64,000 nucleotides of DNA from IMG/VR virus record IMGVR_UViG_3300000285_000003. One strand, given 5' to 3'. The stretch is from a virus. The notes under the pieces were generated by a model, which had not been told where the DNA came from, did no database searches, and saw only the letters and a list, made by a program, of their open reading frames with translations. Both the position numbers and the translations under genes were made by a program. Position 1 is the first letter of the stretch, and each line of letters starts with the position of its first letter. Shown piece by piece: positions 26,901 to 40,400 of this stretch.

Positions 26901-28447
26901 TATTGATCTACAATACCGGTTGTAAGCGCATGTAGTGCATTTCTATATAATACAGAAATATCCTGCATAGATGCATTTATTTGATCTATATGAGTCTTTA
27001 ATATAACAGGGAAGTTACCGAACACCTTAGCTGAATTTATTTGGTTTAGCACCTCTTTAAAGAAGCCTATAGAGTTCTTATCTATATCTATGAGCTATTG
27101 GGCTGTAATACCTTTAAAGTTATTTTTTCTTGAATTCTCCAAGAACTTGTATATAGAACCATCTGTTATATTTCCGTTTTGGTCCATATAACCAATTCTA
27201 TCTACAACGTAGTTTACAAATGTACAAATAGCGTCATCATCAGACTGTCTCTACATTTTCTGCATAGTCTAGAATAGCTTGTCCTATATCTTTATCTACG
27301 ATGGCGTTTTTGAAACAATATGGTCATATGTATCAAATAGGTCCTACAGTCTTTGTATAGCCTCATCTTTGCTAAGTGTATTGTCAGCCATAAGCTAGAA
27401 CTTAGCTTTGTTCTCAAGTTTTACTTTGTTAAACTCTGCTGATACCTTAACCTAATTAATGTCTATATTAAGTAAGAACGACTATGCCAGATACTCGTGT
27501 AGCATCTCTTTGTTGGAGTCGTCTATAACTAGGTCTTTAAATGCATCTCTAACCTACGTATTAAACTACTCCCACACGTCAGCGGCCTTTGTACGCTCGG
27601 CAATATCATTAGCTTTGCCAACAAGTATATCTACAAGCTTTTCCTCTGCTTCTGTTATATTTTTTATCTTATACTGACTCATAATATCAGATAGAGCCTT
27701 TTGCACCATCTGCGAATTCTGAAACATATTAAGATAATGATGACATATCTCATGAGATTCAGTGTTAAGCTTTGCAGAACTTCTTCCGAATGCTACTTTA
27801 ATCACGTTGCCTATAGCACTAAGCTTATTAGATATGTACTAACCAGAAGCTTTTGCAACATCTTTTAACGATGTGCTACGTATGTAGTCTACAAACTATA
27901 TCTACAAATCTTTAGAAGATAAAAGTATATTGCCTTCCTTATCTACTGATTTTATAAGACCAAACGATTTCTCCAATCTATCTGCCAAAGTAGTATGCAA
28001 ACGTTCGTATTCTGCCTAATTCCAGGCCTCTGTAGCCTCTCTAAGAGTCTTGCCTTCCTACTACTAAGCAAGGATAAAATTATCCTTTCTAGAGCCATAA
28101 TTTTGAGCCATAGAGCTAAATGATTTAGCGTCAAACTACAATACTCCATTATAGTTATCTAAGTCATCTATTGTAGGCTCTACTCTATCCTGCGTCCAGT
28201 CATAATGATCTTCTATAAACTTTGACGTAAATATAGTAGCCTTCTCCAATATGGCTTTTTCTCTACTACCTCCATTACGCTGTAATAAATCCTTATACAG
28301 TGCGGAGTCTTTACCATTTAAATCCTTATCTAAAGGATATCCGTTGTTCTATGATAAGGCATAATAGGCAGCCTCTCGGCTACCTAAAATACCCTCATAT
28401 TCATTTAACAACGCTTCGTTTTCTTTATTTCTTAACAAACACGTCAT
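23990..28447 (-). CDS. large late/virion protein (about 1,485 aa, TAG=Gln) with zincin HExxH motif
   Basis: A frame-2 triplet scan found no TAA/TGA between 23993 and 28444, with about 41 in-frame TAG. The ATG at 28445-28447 is preceded by an in-frame TAA at 28457. The motif SHEICHH lies at 27740-27754. Seven track ORFs (24101...27805) share this frame. Confidence 0.75.
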
Positions 28448-28452
28448 AATAA

Positions 28453-31400
28453 TTATTTATTACAGTCGTCCTATCTTCTCTTTCCGAGTTCTTTAAGATC
28501 GTCTTTTATATCCTAATCATTTTTAACTTTATAAGAATCTTGTTTCTTTCTAAGTTCTTCTCTTACTTCCATAAGAAGTTTAGGGAATTCTTTACCCCAT
28601 TTACTGTTGTCTTGTACATGAGTTAGAGTAGCATTACCAGTACTGAGAAGTATTTGAAGAGCTTGTGGGTTTTGCTCAAATGATTCTTTTAACAATTGCT
28701 TCATAACAAAAGAAGATGATCTATCCCAAGCCTAAACATTTAAGTTTTTAATCTATCTTCCTAAAGATCTTAACTAAGAACCAGTTGTAGTGTCCATAAT
28801 TTCAGCCTATATAGACTTTCCACTCGGTCTAGTATTTCCATCATTAGATCTTGTGTCAGCAAATTCACTAGCCTTGATATACTAGAACGCCTATTCTACA
28901 GACTAGAAATCTTTAACTGATCCATCATTAAAATGATGAGTAAAAGGTCTAATTGCAAAATTGCTTAAATCAGCATTCTCGCCAGTTCCAGCATATATAT
29001 TAACAGTATTAGATGTTTGAGCAGTATTAAAAGTCTTCTAGTATACAGCCTTTATAGCATTAGCAGCCTTCAAAGCTTTATCGTATCCTACATAACCTTC
29101 TCTATCAACCCACTATCCGTTTTTATTAACTTTATAATTCTATATATTCCTAGTACCAACTCCAGCAAAAGATTTTGTTAATACAGGTGTATCTTCTACC
29201 TCGAATCTACCTGTAGATTGATTATACTAATACCAGCTTTCTGTATTCAAGTCGTATACATGTACAGGTTTACCCTATTTAATACCAACTTGTACTGCCA
29301 TATTAGTACCACCCTATACTGCTTTATATGAACTAGTTATATTAGCTATAGCAAATACGCCGTCAGACTTATCTACCTGATAAAAGTTTCTTGCAAGTAA
29401 TTCTCCGCCAACATCATAAGGAAGCTCCATTCCAGTTAACCGTTTTATCTATTCTCTTGCATAGTTAGATTGTTCATGAGTGATTGAGAATGGTTTAACA
29501 TTTCTATCTCTAAGAGTTTTAGACAACCTCTAATTGTCTGCAGGTCTAAAATGATTTATATTTGTCAAACCAAACTGTCTACCTATAACATCCCAATACG
29601 TATCGCCACCATAAGCTCCACCAGAGTTCATTGTGTAATTTTGCGGATTATTATACTTATTCTACAAAGCACTCTAGCTTTTTGGTAATTTTGTAAATAT
29701 AGGAATATTTATATCTTCACCTGCCTTTGTTTTAGCCGATCTTTCTCCAGTCTTTGTAAAACCAAGATCTGCAAATCTACTTAATCCATGTATTCCGCCC
29801 TTGGTAAGCTCTCCCCATGTTGATAGATTTGCTCCATCTGGAATTACGTCAGCAACAGCCTAGAATAGAATAGCTTTTTCTTCTTGAGTAAAAGCGTTAG
29901 GATTTTTACTATCAGTAGGCTTAAAGTGTACAGAATAGTTATTGTCTTCTAAGTCTTTAACAACCTCAAAATAACCTTTACTTTCCTTTCCTTTAAGATA
30001 TATTCTTCTAGTCTTATTCTATTTACTACTATCAGATTTCCACGGCTTAGCAACATCTTTTACAACTACGTTGTCTGAATACGTATTCTAGAAAGAGTCG
30101 GAATAATCGTTATGAGTGCTCTTGTGTTCTGTGCTAACATATTTTGCTAAATCCGCAGTTTTATCATACAGGTATTTAAATAACACAGGAGTACGTGCTT
30201 CTGTAATCTATGAGATTTTACCATTAGACAAACCTGTAGATGGGAGATAGATTTTTCTATATTTACCTGTATCCCACTCATCCTTAATAGCCTAAAACTC
30301 TGCATCTATAATCTTCTTGAAATCATCTATATCAGAATCATTCCATCTACCAGAATCTCTTGTTCTACCTGTTGAAGGATCGTACCAATGCTGTGTAGAT
30401 ACAGGCATAGCATTATCCATACCTCTAATTATAGCCGCTGTTGTATTAGGGAACATCTTACCTAATCCATAGGTCCTAGCGTACTTACTATCGTTGCTTA
30501 TAGGATTACTACCAGAAGTTCTATTTGTATTGTCTCCGAATACATATAACACATCAGGATTATCATTAACTTCCTATCTTGTCCAATTTCCTGGATGATA
30601 TTCAATCTTTCTCTCAGCCTATTTAGGTAAAGAAGGATTCTCTATATCTCCTGTATAAGGGTTAGATACAGGTACACTAGATATAACGATAGCAGTCTTT
30701 CTAGGTCTTGTTAAAGCGGTATAGATAAGCTCTGATTTCTCTTGGTTAGAAGTAGCTGTTGTACCCATTATATCCTTTTCGTCTACAACCACAATATCGT
30801 ATGTAGAGCCCTAAGATTTATGAGCAGTAATAGCATAACCAAAATCAACATCAGCATATCGTCCTTTGTATTCCCAGAAATCACTCCAAGCCTATTTCTT
30901 TAATGCTCTATTTGTCTATCTCTTAGCATAAGAAGCTAATTCCTATAATTTCTGATTATATAACCCAATATCATTTCTAGATACAACCTATATAACACAA
31001 TCTTTTTGTTCATTACCAGTTCTCGTATATGCTGTACCATTTGTCTCAAGATATAATGTATGAACTCCAAATTCATCAACATCTGTATCCTAAATACTCT
31101 TTATCTGTATTTCTGAAGAGTTTTCCATTGTAGCATTAACATCCGGTAAATCGTATGGAGAATTTAAGATAAGCATATCTCCCTTTGAATAATCTGAGTC
31201 CTTACCGAACAAAGCCTCGTGAATCTTCTGGTTTAATTCAGTCTTCTCGTTTACGTGATATGTTACAATCTTCACATGATTAGTAAGACCTTTTTCAACA
31301 GCGTTCTTAACAGCTTTGATTACTGAATTTAAAACTTCTCCTTCGCTGTTGGAGAATAATAAAGATCCCTTATCAGTAATCTGGTTATTTCTAACAATGT

Positions 31401-34400
31401 GTTGTGTAGGATTAAGCTCCGGGTTTTCTTTCTAAGAGTTCTCCCAGAAATAATCAGCATATGGTAATATTGGATTAGCTTCACCCTATCTAACTCTAGT
31501 AATAAGCTTAGACTTATGTTTACTATTAAATATGTCAGACTTTTTATTTAAAAGATCCTTATGAGTTCTATAGAATTCACTTTGTTCGTCTCTGATTGGC
31601 TATATCTGACCTATATCTCCCAAGAATAACATCTAGAATGGTCTAGAAAGACTAGAGTTTATATCAATGATCTTTTTGAGAACATCTTCTGTTATCATTG
31701 ATGCCTCATCTATAACAAGCAATGCTGGAGGATTGTCTAACAATGGAACTTTTAGACCTACCTGGAATTTAGTTGTCTATGTATCATTATCATTAATACC
31801 CTTCATTCCGAGTAAACCTGCTATACTAAAGAATTTCTTTCCTCTTGTATCGTCTCCAAAACTACTCTTTATTACACCCTTAGCTTTATGAGATACCGCT
31901 GCAACATATATCTGCTCATCTTCGAATTCTTTAAGAATTTCTTTAGCTATAGTAGTCTTACCTGTACCAGCTTTACCTTCGATAACATAATACTATGTAG
32001 GATCTGTGTTAGTCTTTAAGAACGATACGGCGTTCACTATAGCGCTTTGCTATTCTTTGTTGTAAGTAATTCCTCCAGACTTACCGGTTGATCTAACAGT
32101 GGTGACATCAGTATTCCTTACAGGAGATTCTGCTTTGGTTTCTTTCGGTTCTAGTTTCTTTGCGTTAATATAGAATTTCTATTTAACTTCTTCTACAAGT
32201 TTTGCATATTGAGCATCATTCTCTTGATAACCAATATAATTCATACCAAATCCAAAGTCGCTATTACCAAACTCAAATATATCATTGCCTTTAAAATGTA
32301 ATCCCTTCTTCTTACATAGTACATAAATCGGAACTTCTGTTAGGCTTACGTTTCCTGTATCTTTATCTTTGATTCCATTAAATTTACTAACTCCAACCAA
32401 TCTGTAAAGAGATCTATTTACATTATTGTTGTACTTATCAGACAACTCATCCTTTACAGTAATATATCTAGGGTATTGCCCATTATCAAGTCTATTGATA
32501 GTAGTGACATATTCTGAATTTTTGTCCAATGCATAGCCACATAAAGCAAATGGCTTCATTAACTATGGGTCATATATTCCAGAGTCAGTAAAATTCTTTC
32601 GGCCTTTTCGTTCATAATCGTACTGTGGTACAAAATCGGTATCATTCCAATTATTTCTAAGTATATCATCTATAATAGCCTCTCTTATGCTTGGCTCAAG
32701 ATTTGTATTAAACTTATTTAACCAGAACTCTACATGTCCAACAAATCCGCTATTAATCTTCCATGAGTTAGGAACATATTTAAAGAATCTGTTAAAACCA
32801 GATTTCTCACCAGATGTTAACCATGCGTAAACTACAAGATCTCTAGCAAACTCCTTTAACTCCTAATCGTCCGGATAATTAAGCAATTCTTCCCAAGCAT
32901 CAGTTAAGTCATCCTGGTTAAATGATGATTCTGATATACTGTGGAATGTACTAACAAACTTAGGAGCAGGATAAGTCTATCCATTAGCGCCTGTCGTTGA
33001 TTCATCTTTAACCTAATCTGATTCTACGAGCGATGTAAGCAGTTTGTTATTTCTTAAGTAGAACAATTTATCATCTGGATTGTTGATCCTACGCTTTATG
33101 CCAGCAAGCCTGTCAGCTATTGTATTGTTACCAAAGAATAATCTATTAACGTCTATCTTATTATTATCTTCTACTGCATAAGCTCTAATAAAGAGTGATT
33201 TAATACACTGTGAAACATTTCTATCTAACTTGTTGGCTATATCTTCTGTCTATGAATAATTGTTCATAAACTGACCAAGCTAACCAACTAATGAAGTATA
33301 AGATGTAGTAGCCTCAAATACCTATCCAGCAAGAATACTCTTCATTGCTTTCATAAATGAATTAGTCTTCTTATCAATCCAAGAATGTGTCATCATTTTC
33401 ATAACGCCTTCTGGTTCGAAAGATGTGTTACCTTGCTGAATATCCTTTAAGAACTAATCGTACTTCTCTTTATATAATAGCTATTTAGCAAGCGTATTTC
33501 CCTGCTTCTTTGTATCGATCTTAGTAAGCTGTACGAGTTTTGAGATATCATTTACAAATGGCTGTAATATATTCCATGCCTTATATACCTGCACCTAAGC
33601 TCTACAAAAATCTGGATCTTTTAACATATCCTCCTTATTAGTATATTTAAGAGCGTAATTCTTAAGATATTTTTCGCTATCAAACATACTATTTATTATT
33701 CTGATAGGAGAATTATTTTTTGCAGCATTCAATATGTGCTATTCCTTATCGAGCTATTTTTGTATTCCAATTCTAGCTTCATCGGATGTAGCTTCCTACA
33801 AATTGCTAGTAAGCATTCGTACCCTATCTTCGATCTAATCAATTTCATCCAAAGAATCGAGTCTTACGCTATTTATAAATCCTAATTCCCTTGTAACATC
33901 TTGACTATATAATTCATTTCCTTTACCAAGATAGCCAGCTATGTATTGCCTAAGAGCTTTCTCAGTAGCATCCTTCTAAGCTCTGTATTTACTCTTTGTT
34001 AAATCTCTACCATAGTGTCCACTAGCTGCTTCTGCAGCGAATGCCATATCCTTAATAATAGGCTACGTGATAAACCAAACGGAATTATCAGCCTAACCTG
34101 TTCTAACAAGGAAATTAAGCATATTATATGTAAAGCTATTTACGTTTATCTTTGATACATATGGATCCTTTACGATATCACAGTGAGCATTAATAAATGC
34201 TGACAGCCACGACATAACAGCATTACCATTCTTGTCATCACGTAAGTCTATACGTTTGAATGGTGTCTGCTTAGTAAATTCTGTCTCCTTTAATTTTACT
34301 CCGTAAGCCATAGTAAGAGCCTAATTTGTCACATTAAGAGCAAATGGTGCGATACCAAGCTTACCTGTAATATAATCTCTACGTCTATCTGTCTACTCGT

Positions 34401-37400
34401 GAAGTGTATAGAAATTGTATGGCAAAGTTTTAGTTGAACCAGCACTATCAAATTGATTAGCTATATTCTAAACAAGATCAGTATCGTTATCGATAGATCT
34501 CATAGCTATCTGTATAGAATTATCATTATCCTTAAGGAGTGTCATGTAATTCTCAAGAAGTTTGTTTTGATAATACTACTTCGTGCCTTTAGGGAATTCT
34601 CTAGTTGCTTTACTATCCTTAACGTCATATGCTAATGATGCAAGATAAAGTTTATCGATATCGAAGTCGGATCCAGTTACTTTGGTAAACTCTCTAGGAA
34701 GAATAATTGTATCTTTTACAACAGGAAGTACATCTACAAAGCGTAAAGCATGTATAGATGATTGAGCCTATGTAGGAATACGGTAACCAATAGTATTGGC
34801 TTTTACATCACTTCTGTTGCCTATAATCTTATTATCAAACAACCATTTTCTAGCCTAATCAAAAGACATGCCTTTTGGTATTATATGCTCAAAATAGTCT
34901 ATAGATATAACAGCGTCCATACTGCCATCATTATTGATAAACTGAAGCTGTTTTCCTTCATTAAGAGTCTACCAATTAATGATCTTTCTAGCTGCTGCAG
35001 GTAACGTATCGTACTCATCATCTGATACGATATGTCCCTCCATAGCGAATACAGATCTCTGATAGAATGCGTTTCCTGGAGTCTTAACATCTACAATCCT
35101 CTTATTAAGAGCAGATGTAAGAATACTCTCTATCCAGTGTGGATCAGACTGAGCAGCAAGCGGTACATTTAAGTGTTTGCTACCATCTGCATCAACCTTA
35201 ATAGTAATAGCGTCAATTGTATTCTTGTTAGCATTTCTTGACGTAAGCTCATCATTTAAGAATTTAGCGAACTTTTGTATATCAAACTCTCCATCAGTAA
35301 AGAACAAATCATCTACTTCTTTAACTCCCATATCGGAAAGCTAGTTTATAGAATCCATGATATTATCAAGAATCTAAGATCCAGATATAGCTTCGCCTGT
35401 AAGAGAATCTGTATAGTTAACTCTATCAATAATTAAACTGGCAAGTGCTACCTTAGCAGTCTATGTACCAAGATTCATCTCAATCTTTCCATTAGGGTCG
35501 GTATTAAGCTACTTTCTAAGATATCTAAGATCCTATTTGAATGTAACAAATGGCTCTTCTATACCTTTACCCTGTTCAAATTTAGAGTTATGCTTGTTAC
35601 CAATCTTTACAGCAGAATCAAACAAAAGCATATCTACGCCTTCGTTTATCATCTTATTGTATACCTTGCCCATATCTCCCATTGCGATAGATGGGAATAT
35701 AGGGAACAATGCCATCTTATTATAATAAGGTATAAGTAGACTGCCAAGTCGTTCATCATTTCTGTGTCCAAATGCACTATACTTCTGAGCTCCAACAATA
35801 AATTCCTAAAGCTCTGTAAACGCATCTGCCTTCTATCTGAATGTATACTGCTTATTTGGGTCTCTAAGCATAGCAAACAGCTATTTGGCTTTATTGCTAT
35901 ATAATCCAAGAGACCTTAAAAGCTTTTCACACATCTTATCTGTAATGAATGCAGATCCATCTGCTACATTTATAGGGTCTTTAGCTTTAGGATCATATAT
36001 CTTTCCAGCATAAGCTTTATATTCTGCTTGATATTTCTTAGTAACTCTAGCCTTGTCGTTTTCGTCAAGATATTTGTCTCTAAACTCTTCGAAATCTTTT
36101 TGTGTTTTATGTTCTGCGTAAGCTATATCTGCTGCCTCTTTCTTACTTTTACCACTACGCACAAGTTTGTTGTATACAGCTTCTTTTGTATTAGCTTGCA
36201 CAAACATCTTTTCGACACTATTCTGGTAAGCGTCATCAATGTTACCATCGTGCATCTTGTCAGCTTCAGAAGAGACCATAAAATCATCAACCTGCGCACA
36301 TGTGTACTTCGATTCAGAGTCATCCTGGAAGTCGGTTCTAGGGTTAGCTCCGGTAGAAATAAGTCCTCCAAGACGTTTTAACTGGTCAGTTTGTCTATCT
36401 TCTAGCTCGTTCTCACTATACTACCATTTATAGAATGCAGGGTGACCACCAAATAGTCTTTCTACTTCTTGTACAGAAATAATAGATCTTGTAGAAACAT
36501 CTGACATCATTGCTACAACTGCCGCAGCATTCAGCTATTCAATAGTTTTAATACCTTCTGTTCCAGCTAACGAATGCCTAATACAGCTAAACTCATTGTA
36601 GCTTAGACCAACATTCTCTAATGAATAATAGTTGTCTACATCGCCTTTAATGAGCCCTAATTTTATAGCCTTCTTAACTTCTTCTTTAAACTGAATATCA
36701 AGAACTCTAGCCATAATATTTCTCTATTGTTCTCTACTCTTATTAAAGAACTATTCATCAGCTAATTTCAGGCAGTCTATACTACTCTTTTTAGGATCAT
36801 TAAACTTTATTCTGTTGCCATTGTCATCAAGTATGGATGTAAGTGACGAGAATCTTGTACCATTAGGCTCTACCTTTACTGTTTCACCTTTACTGTTTAC
36901 ATACTTATTAGGCGTATGATAATTCTTTATCTTTACAGTATCATCTATAGCTGTATCACCTTCAAAGTATCCAAGCTGATGCATACATTCAAGTATAGCT
37001 GCCTTTTCATCCTTAGCGTAGTCTATAAATATATCCAAAACCTAATCAGATGGTCTTACTATAGTCTTACCAGTTGTATCTGTAACTATTCTAGGGAGTG
37101 CTCCAAGTAACTCTTTTCTAAGAGCTGATTTTTGATCTTTATCAGAACTAGATATAAGTTTATTTATCAGCCTATAATCTATACCAGGAATCAAAAATCC
37201 GTTAATAGCTTGATCCGAAGCCTGTAAATACATATATGTCTTTTTATCAGACATTGTAGGATAAATCAATCCTCCGCTAATAAGCATTGTAACCTTAGAC
37301 ATGTAATCCTCTATATTTGAAACCTAGTTATAATCGGATCCGTAGTCGTCATTCTGATCAGTCTTAAATCCGGCATAGTTATTCATAAGAATCTTCGCCA

Positions 37401-40400
37401 TCTTATTTCCTTCGTTCTGAGCAATCCTTCTAAGGACTATTGAGTGCTTATTATAACAGAAATTCTAGATTCTCTACTTAGCTTCATTATTAGGATTTTC
37501 GTCCTATATATCAGCAAGTATATCTGATACTGTATTATTCTCTCCCTGTGTATATGCCTTGTTATTATTGGTTAAGAGGTTCATCATCTCATTCTTAACC
37601 TTGTTATTCATAGACTGATACTTAGCAAGCTCATTTACAAATGAATCTTTATTATATAATGTATCAAGCTATACTTCAACCTATCCAGCATTTCCTATTA
37701 CAGAATCAAGAAGGTTCAAAAATTTACTCAAACTTACAAGAACTGTTTCGTTAAGCATCTATCTAAATGAATCGGCACTAAACTCTCCGTACTTATTAAT
37801 AAGCATATAGTTAATGGTATCGCTGTCAATCTATATACCTATCTTATTAAGTGTTATAGTAATCTTATCTATAACTTCAGACAACTATGCAGGGCTTGTA
37901 ATGTCATATGTATTGTTACCTATCTTTATGTCATTTCCAGCATTTGCCTAAGTCCATATTGATTTAATCCAGTTTGATGTACGTTTAAATATATCCTTTC
38001 CAGGAGCATTGTATACTACACCGTTCTTGTCTCTATTGAATAATATTCTACCTTCCTAATCTTTCATTGTAGATACAACTCCAGTAACGCCATTAGCTAA
38101 TCTCTTTGACCAATCCTGTGAAAACTTAAGTGTGTCCCTATCAACTGATAAGTTTGACATTCTTATACTTACATTTCCATCTTTGTCTGTAGAAGACCTA
38201 GTCATCATAAAGTTATATTTCTGACCAACCAATGCCTGGAATACTTGTGTTACAACAGCCTCTGCGTTATAGTTGATTCCTTCTCCGGTTGTCTTATCAT
38301 AATCTATGTATTGAGCCTAGAAATACTCATCAAACGTAGAGTATACATAGAAGAACATAGGGTCCTATGAAGCGAGTCTAGCTAATTCGTCATGGAGTTC
38401 TTGAACAGTCTTTACATTGTGAAGCTATTCGAACATCTTACTAAATACTTCAGTCTAAGGCATAAATCTAGGATCACCAAACAAGCTGTGTGATGTATCA
38501 AGTTCAATGCCTTCTTCATGATTATTGGCATTAGCCCACTTAACATATGGTACAGTTCCAAAGAAGAATTTAGCTTTTTGAGATACGCTTTGCAGCTTAC
38601 TCATTTCGTAAGACTCCTTGCCAACATAATCCATATAAGCTCCAGCAGAACCAGCTTCAAGCTGTTCCTACATATCTTCGTCATTAGTATTTCTAACAAC
38701 ACCTTCTTTGCTTATGTTAGCAATCTTAGCATACACTCTATCGGCTATAACAGCAAAGTTTGGATAATACTATTCCTTTCCTATAGCTACTCCATTTTTA
38801 TCAGTTATATACTTCTCTTTGCCTTGCTTAAATATTTCCTGGAATGCTTTAGCCTAAGCTTCTGGTACCGGAACTTCTGGATCTTCACCCATAAGCTATT
38901 TCATCATATCTACACCGATAAGCTTTTTAATATTTGTACCAGTAATTGTAAGTTGATCTATATTATCTCCAACAGCATTAACTCTTCCTTCTTCGAGAGC
39001 CTTCTCTACTATATAAAAAGCTATAGTTTCAACGCAATCGTTGAGCTGCTCGTTGTTTAAGATATTTTCGAAGCTATGCTTCATACCAGTCTTCTGATTG
39101 TAAACATCATAATGAAGAGAATCGCCAAACTTAGCTTTAAAACGCTCAAGGTTTTCTTTACGTATATTGCTTCCTGCTTTTGTTTTGTACCAGCCAGTAG
39201 ACATTATTGCTGACAAAAGTGTAAGTCTAATACTTCCGAGATCCCTAGCAAATTGTACACCGGCTTTAATCTTCTAGAAAAGAGCTACTACCTTATTATT
39301 GGAAAACTCATTATCATCGTAGTTGTTTTGAGCATCCATATACAGATTTGCTAATCCTTCTGCAATCTCTGTATCAGACATCTTATCATTACCTTCTCTA
39401 CTCTTATACCAATCGTATATCTTCTGTCTTTCAGATGGTCTTAGCAACAGCTCCAATACTCTATGGAATGCTTCGTGATACTGCACACCGTCTACAACTC
39501 TATTACCAATGTAAACCATGTCTGACATACATTTTCCGGCAACAGCCATGTCTGCAGGTATATCGTCATTTAACTATTTACCTATCTCATAGTTACCTTC
39601 ACCTATAACGCGCTTTAAATACGCATTCATTTGCTCTCTATCACCATCTGTTATATCTCTAAGCTTATTAGGCTAAACCTCTAATTTTAGTCCTCTAGAT
39701 CGATTTAAAAGATTTTTGAGAGAGTTTAATCTAGGCATTGAGATTGAATCTTCTTTTTGCCGCTCAGTGAGTATATCGTCTATACGATCATCTTGTTTTG
39801 TATTAGGAACCAAATATGGGCCTCTAAAATAAGTGGCAGTATAATTCTAACCGACAACAGATGTCTAAGTGTACTGATGGCGCATAAGGTAACCAGCGTA
39901 TGTACTCTTTCTTCTTTCATTTCCATCCTGGTCAAAGAAATCATCTCTGCTAAACTCTAAGCCATTTGGAGCAACAAATGTATCAACATTAGGGTTATCT
40001 TCAAAGTAATGCTTTACGTTGTTTATAACAGAGTTGTTTGTAAAGTTAAGCTATTGACTAAGCATAGTCTTTTCGAAAGCAACACCAACAGATCTTAAAT
40101 CTGTTCTGAGTCTCTCTAAGTCATGCTCACTTGTAAGATCGTATGATTCTCCAGTTCCATATATATGCTTACCATTGTCGTCGTACTGAGGTAATCCTAT
40201 AATAATCTATTTGTTTGAAGAGAATGTTATAGTTCTAGTCTGATTTGTTTTATAGTTAGGCTAATTATTTTCATTAACATGTACAAGCATCTTAATAAGA
40301 TCATATGTATTGTATCCGTTATAATTAACCTATCCCTAAGCATAAGCTCTTAATAAGTCTACAAGAGAATCAGCTTGATTCTAAGAAAGCTTAGACTGAT

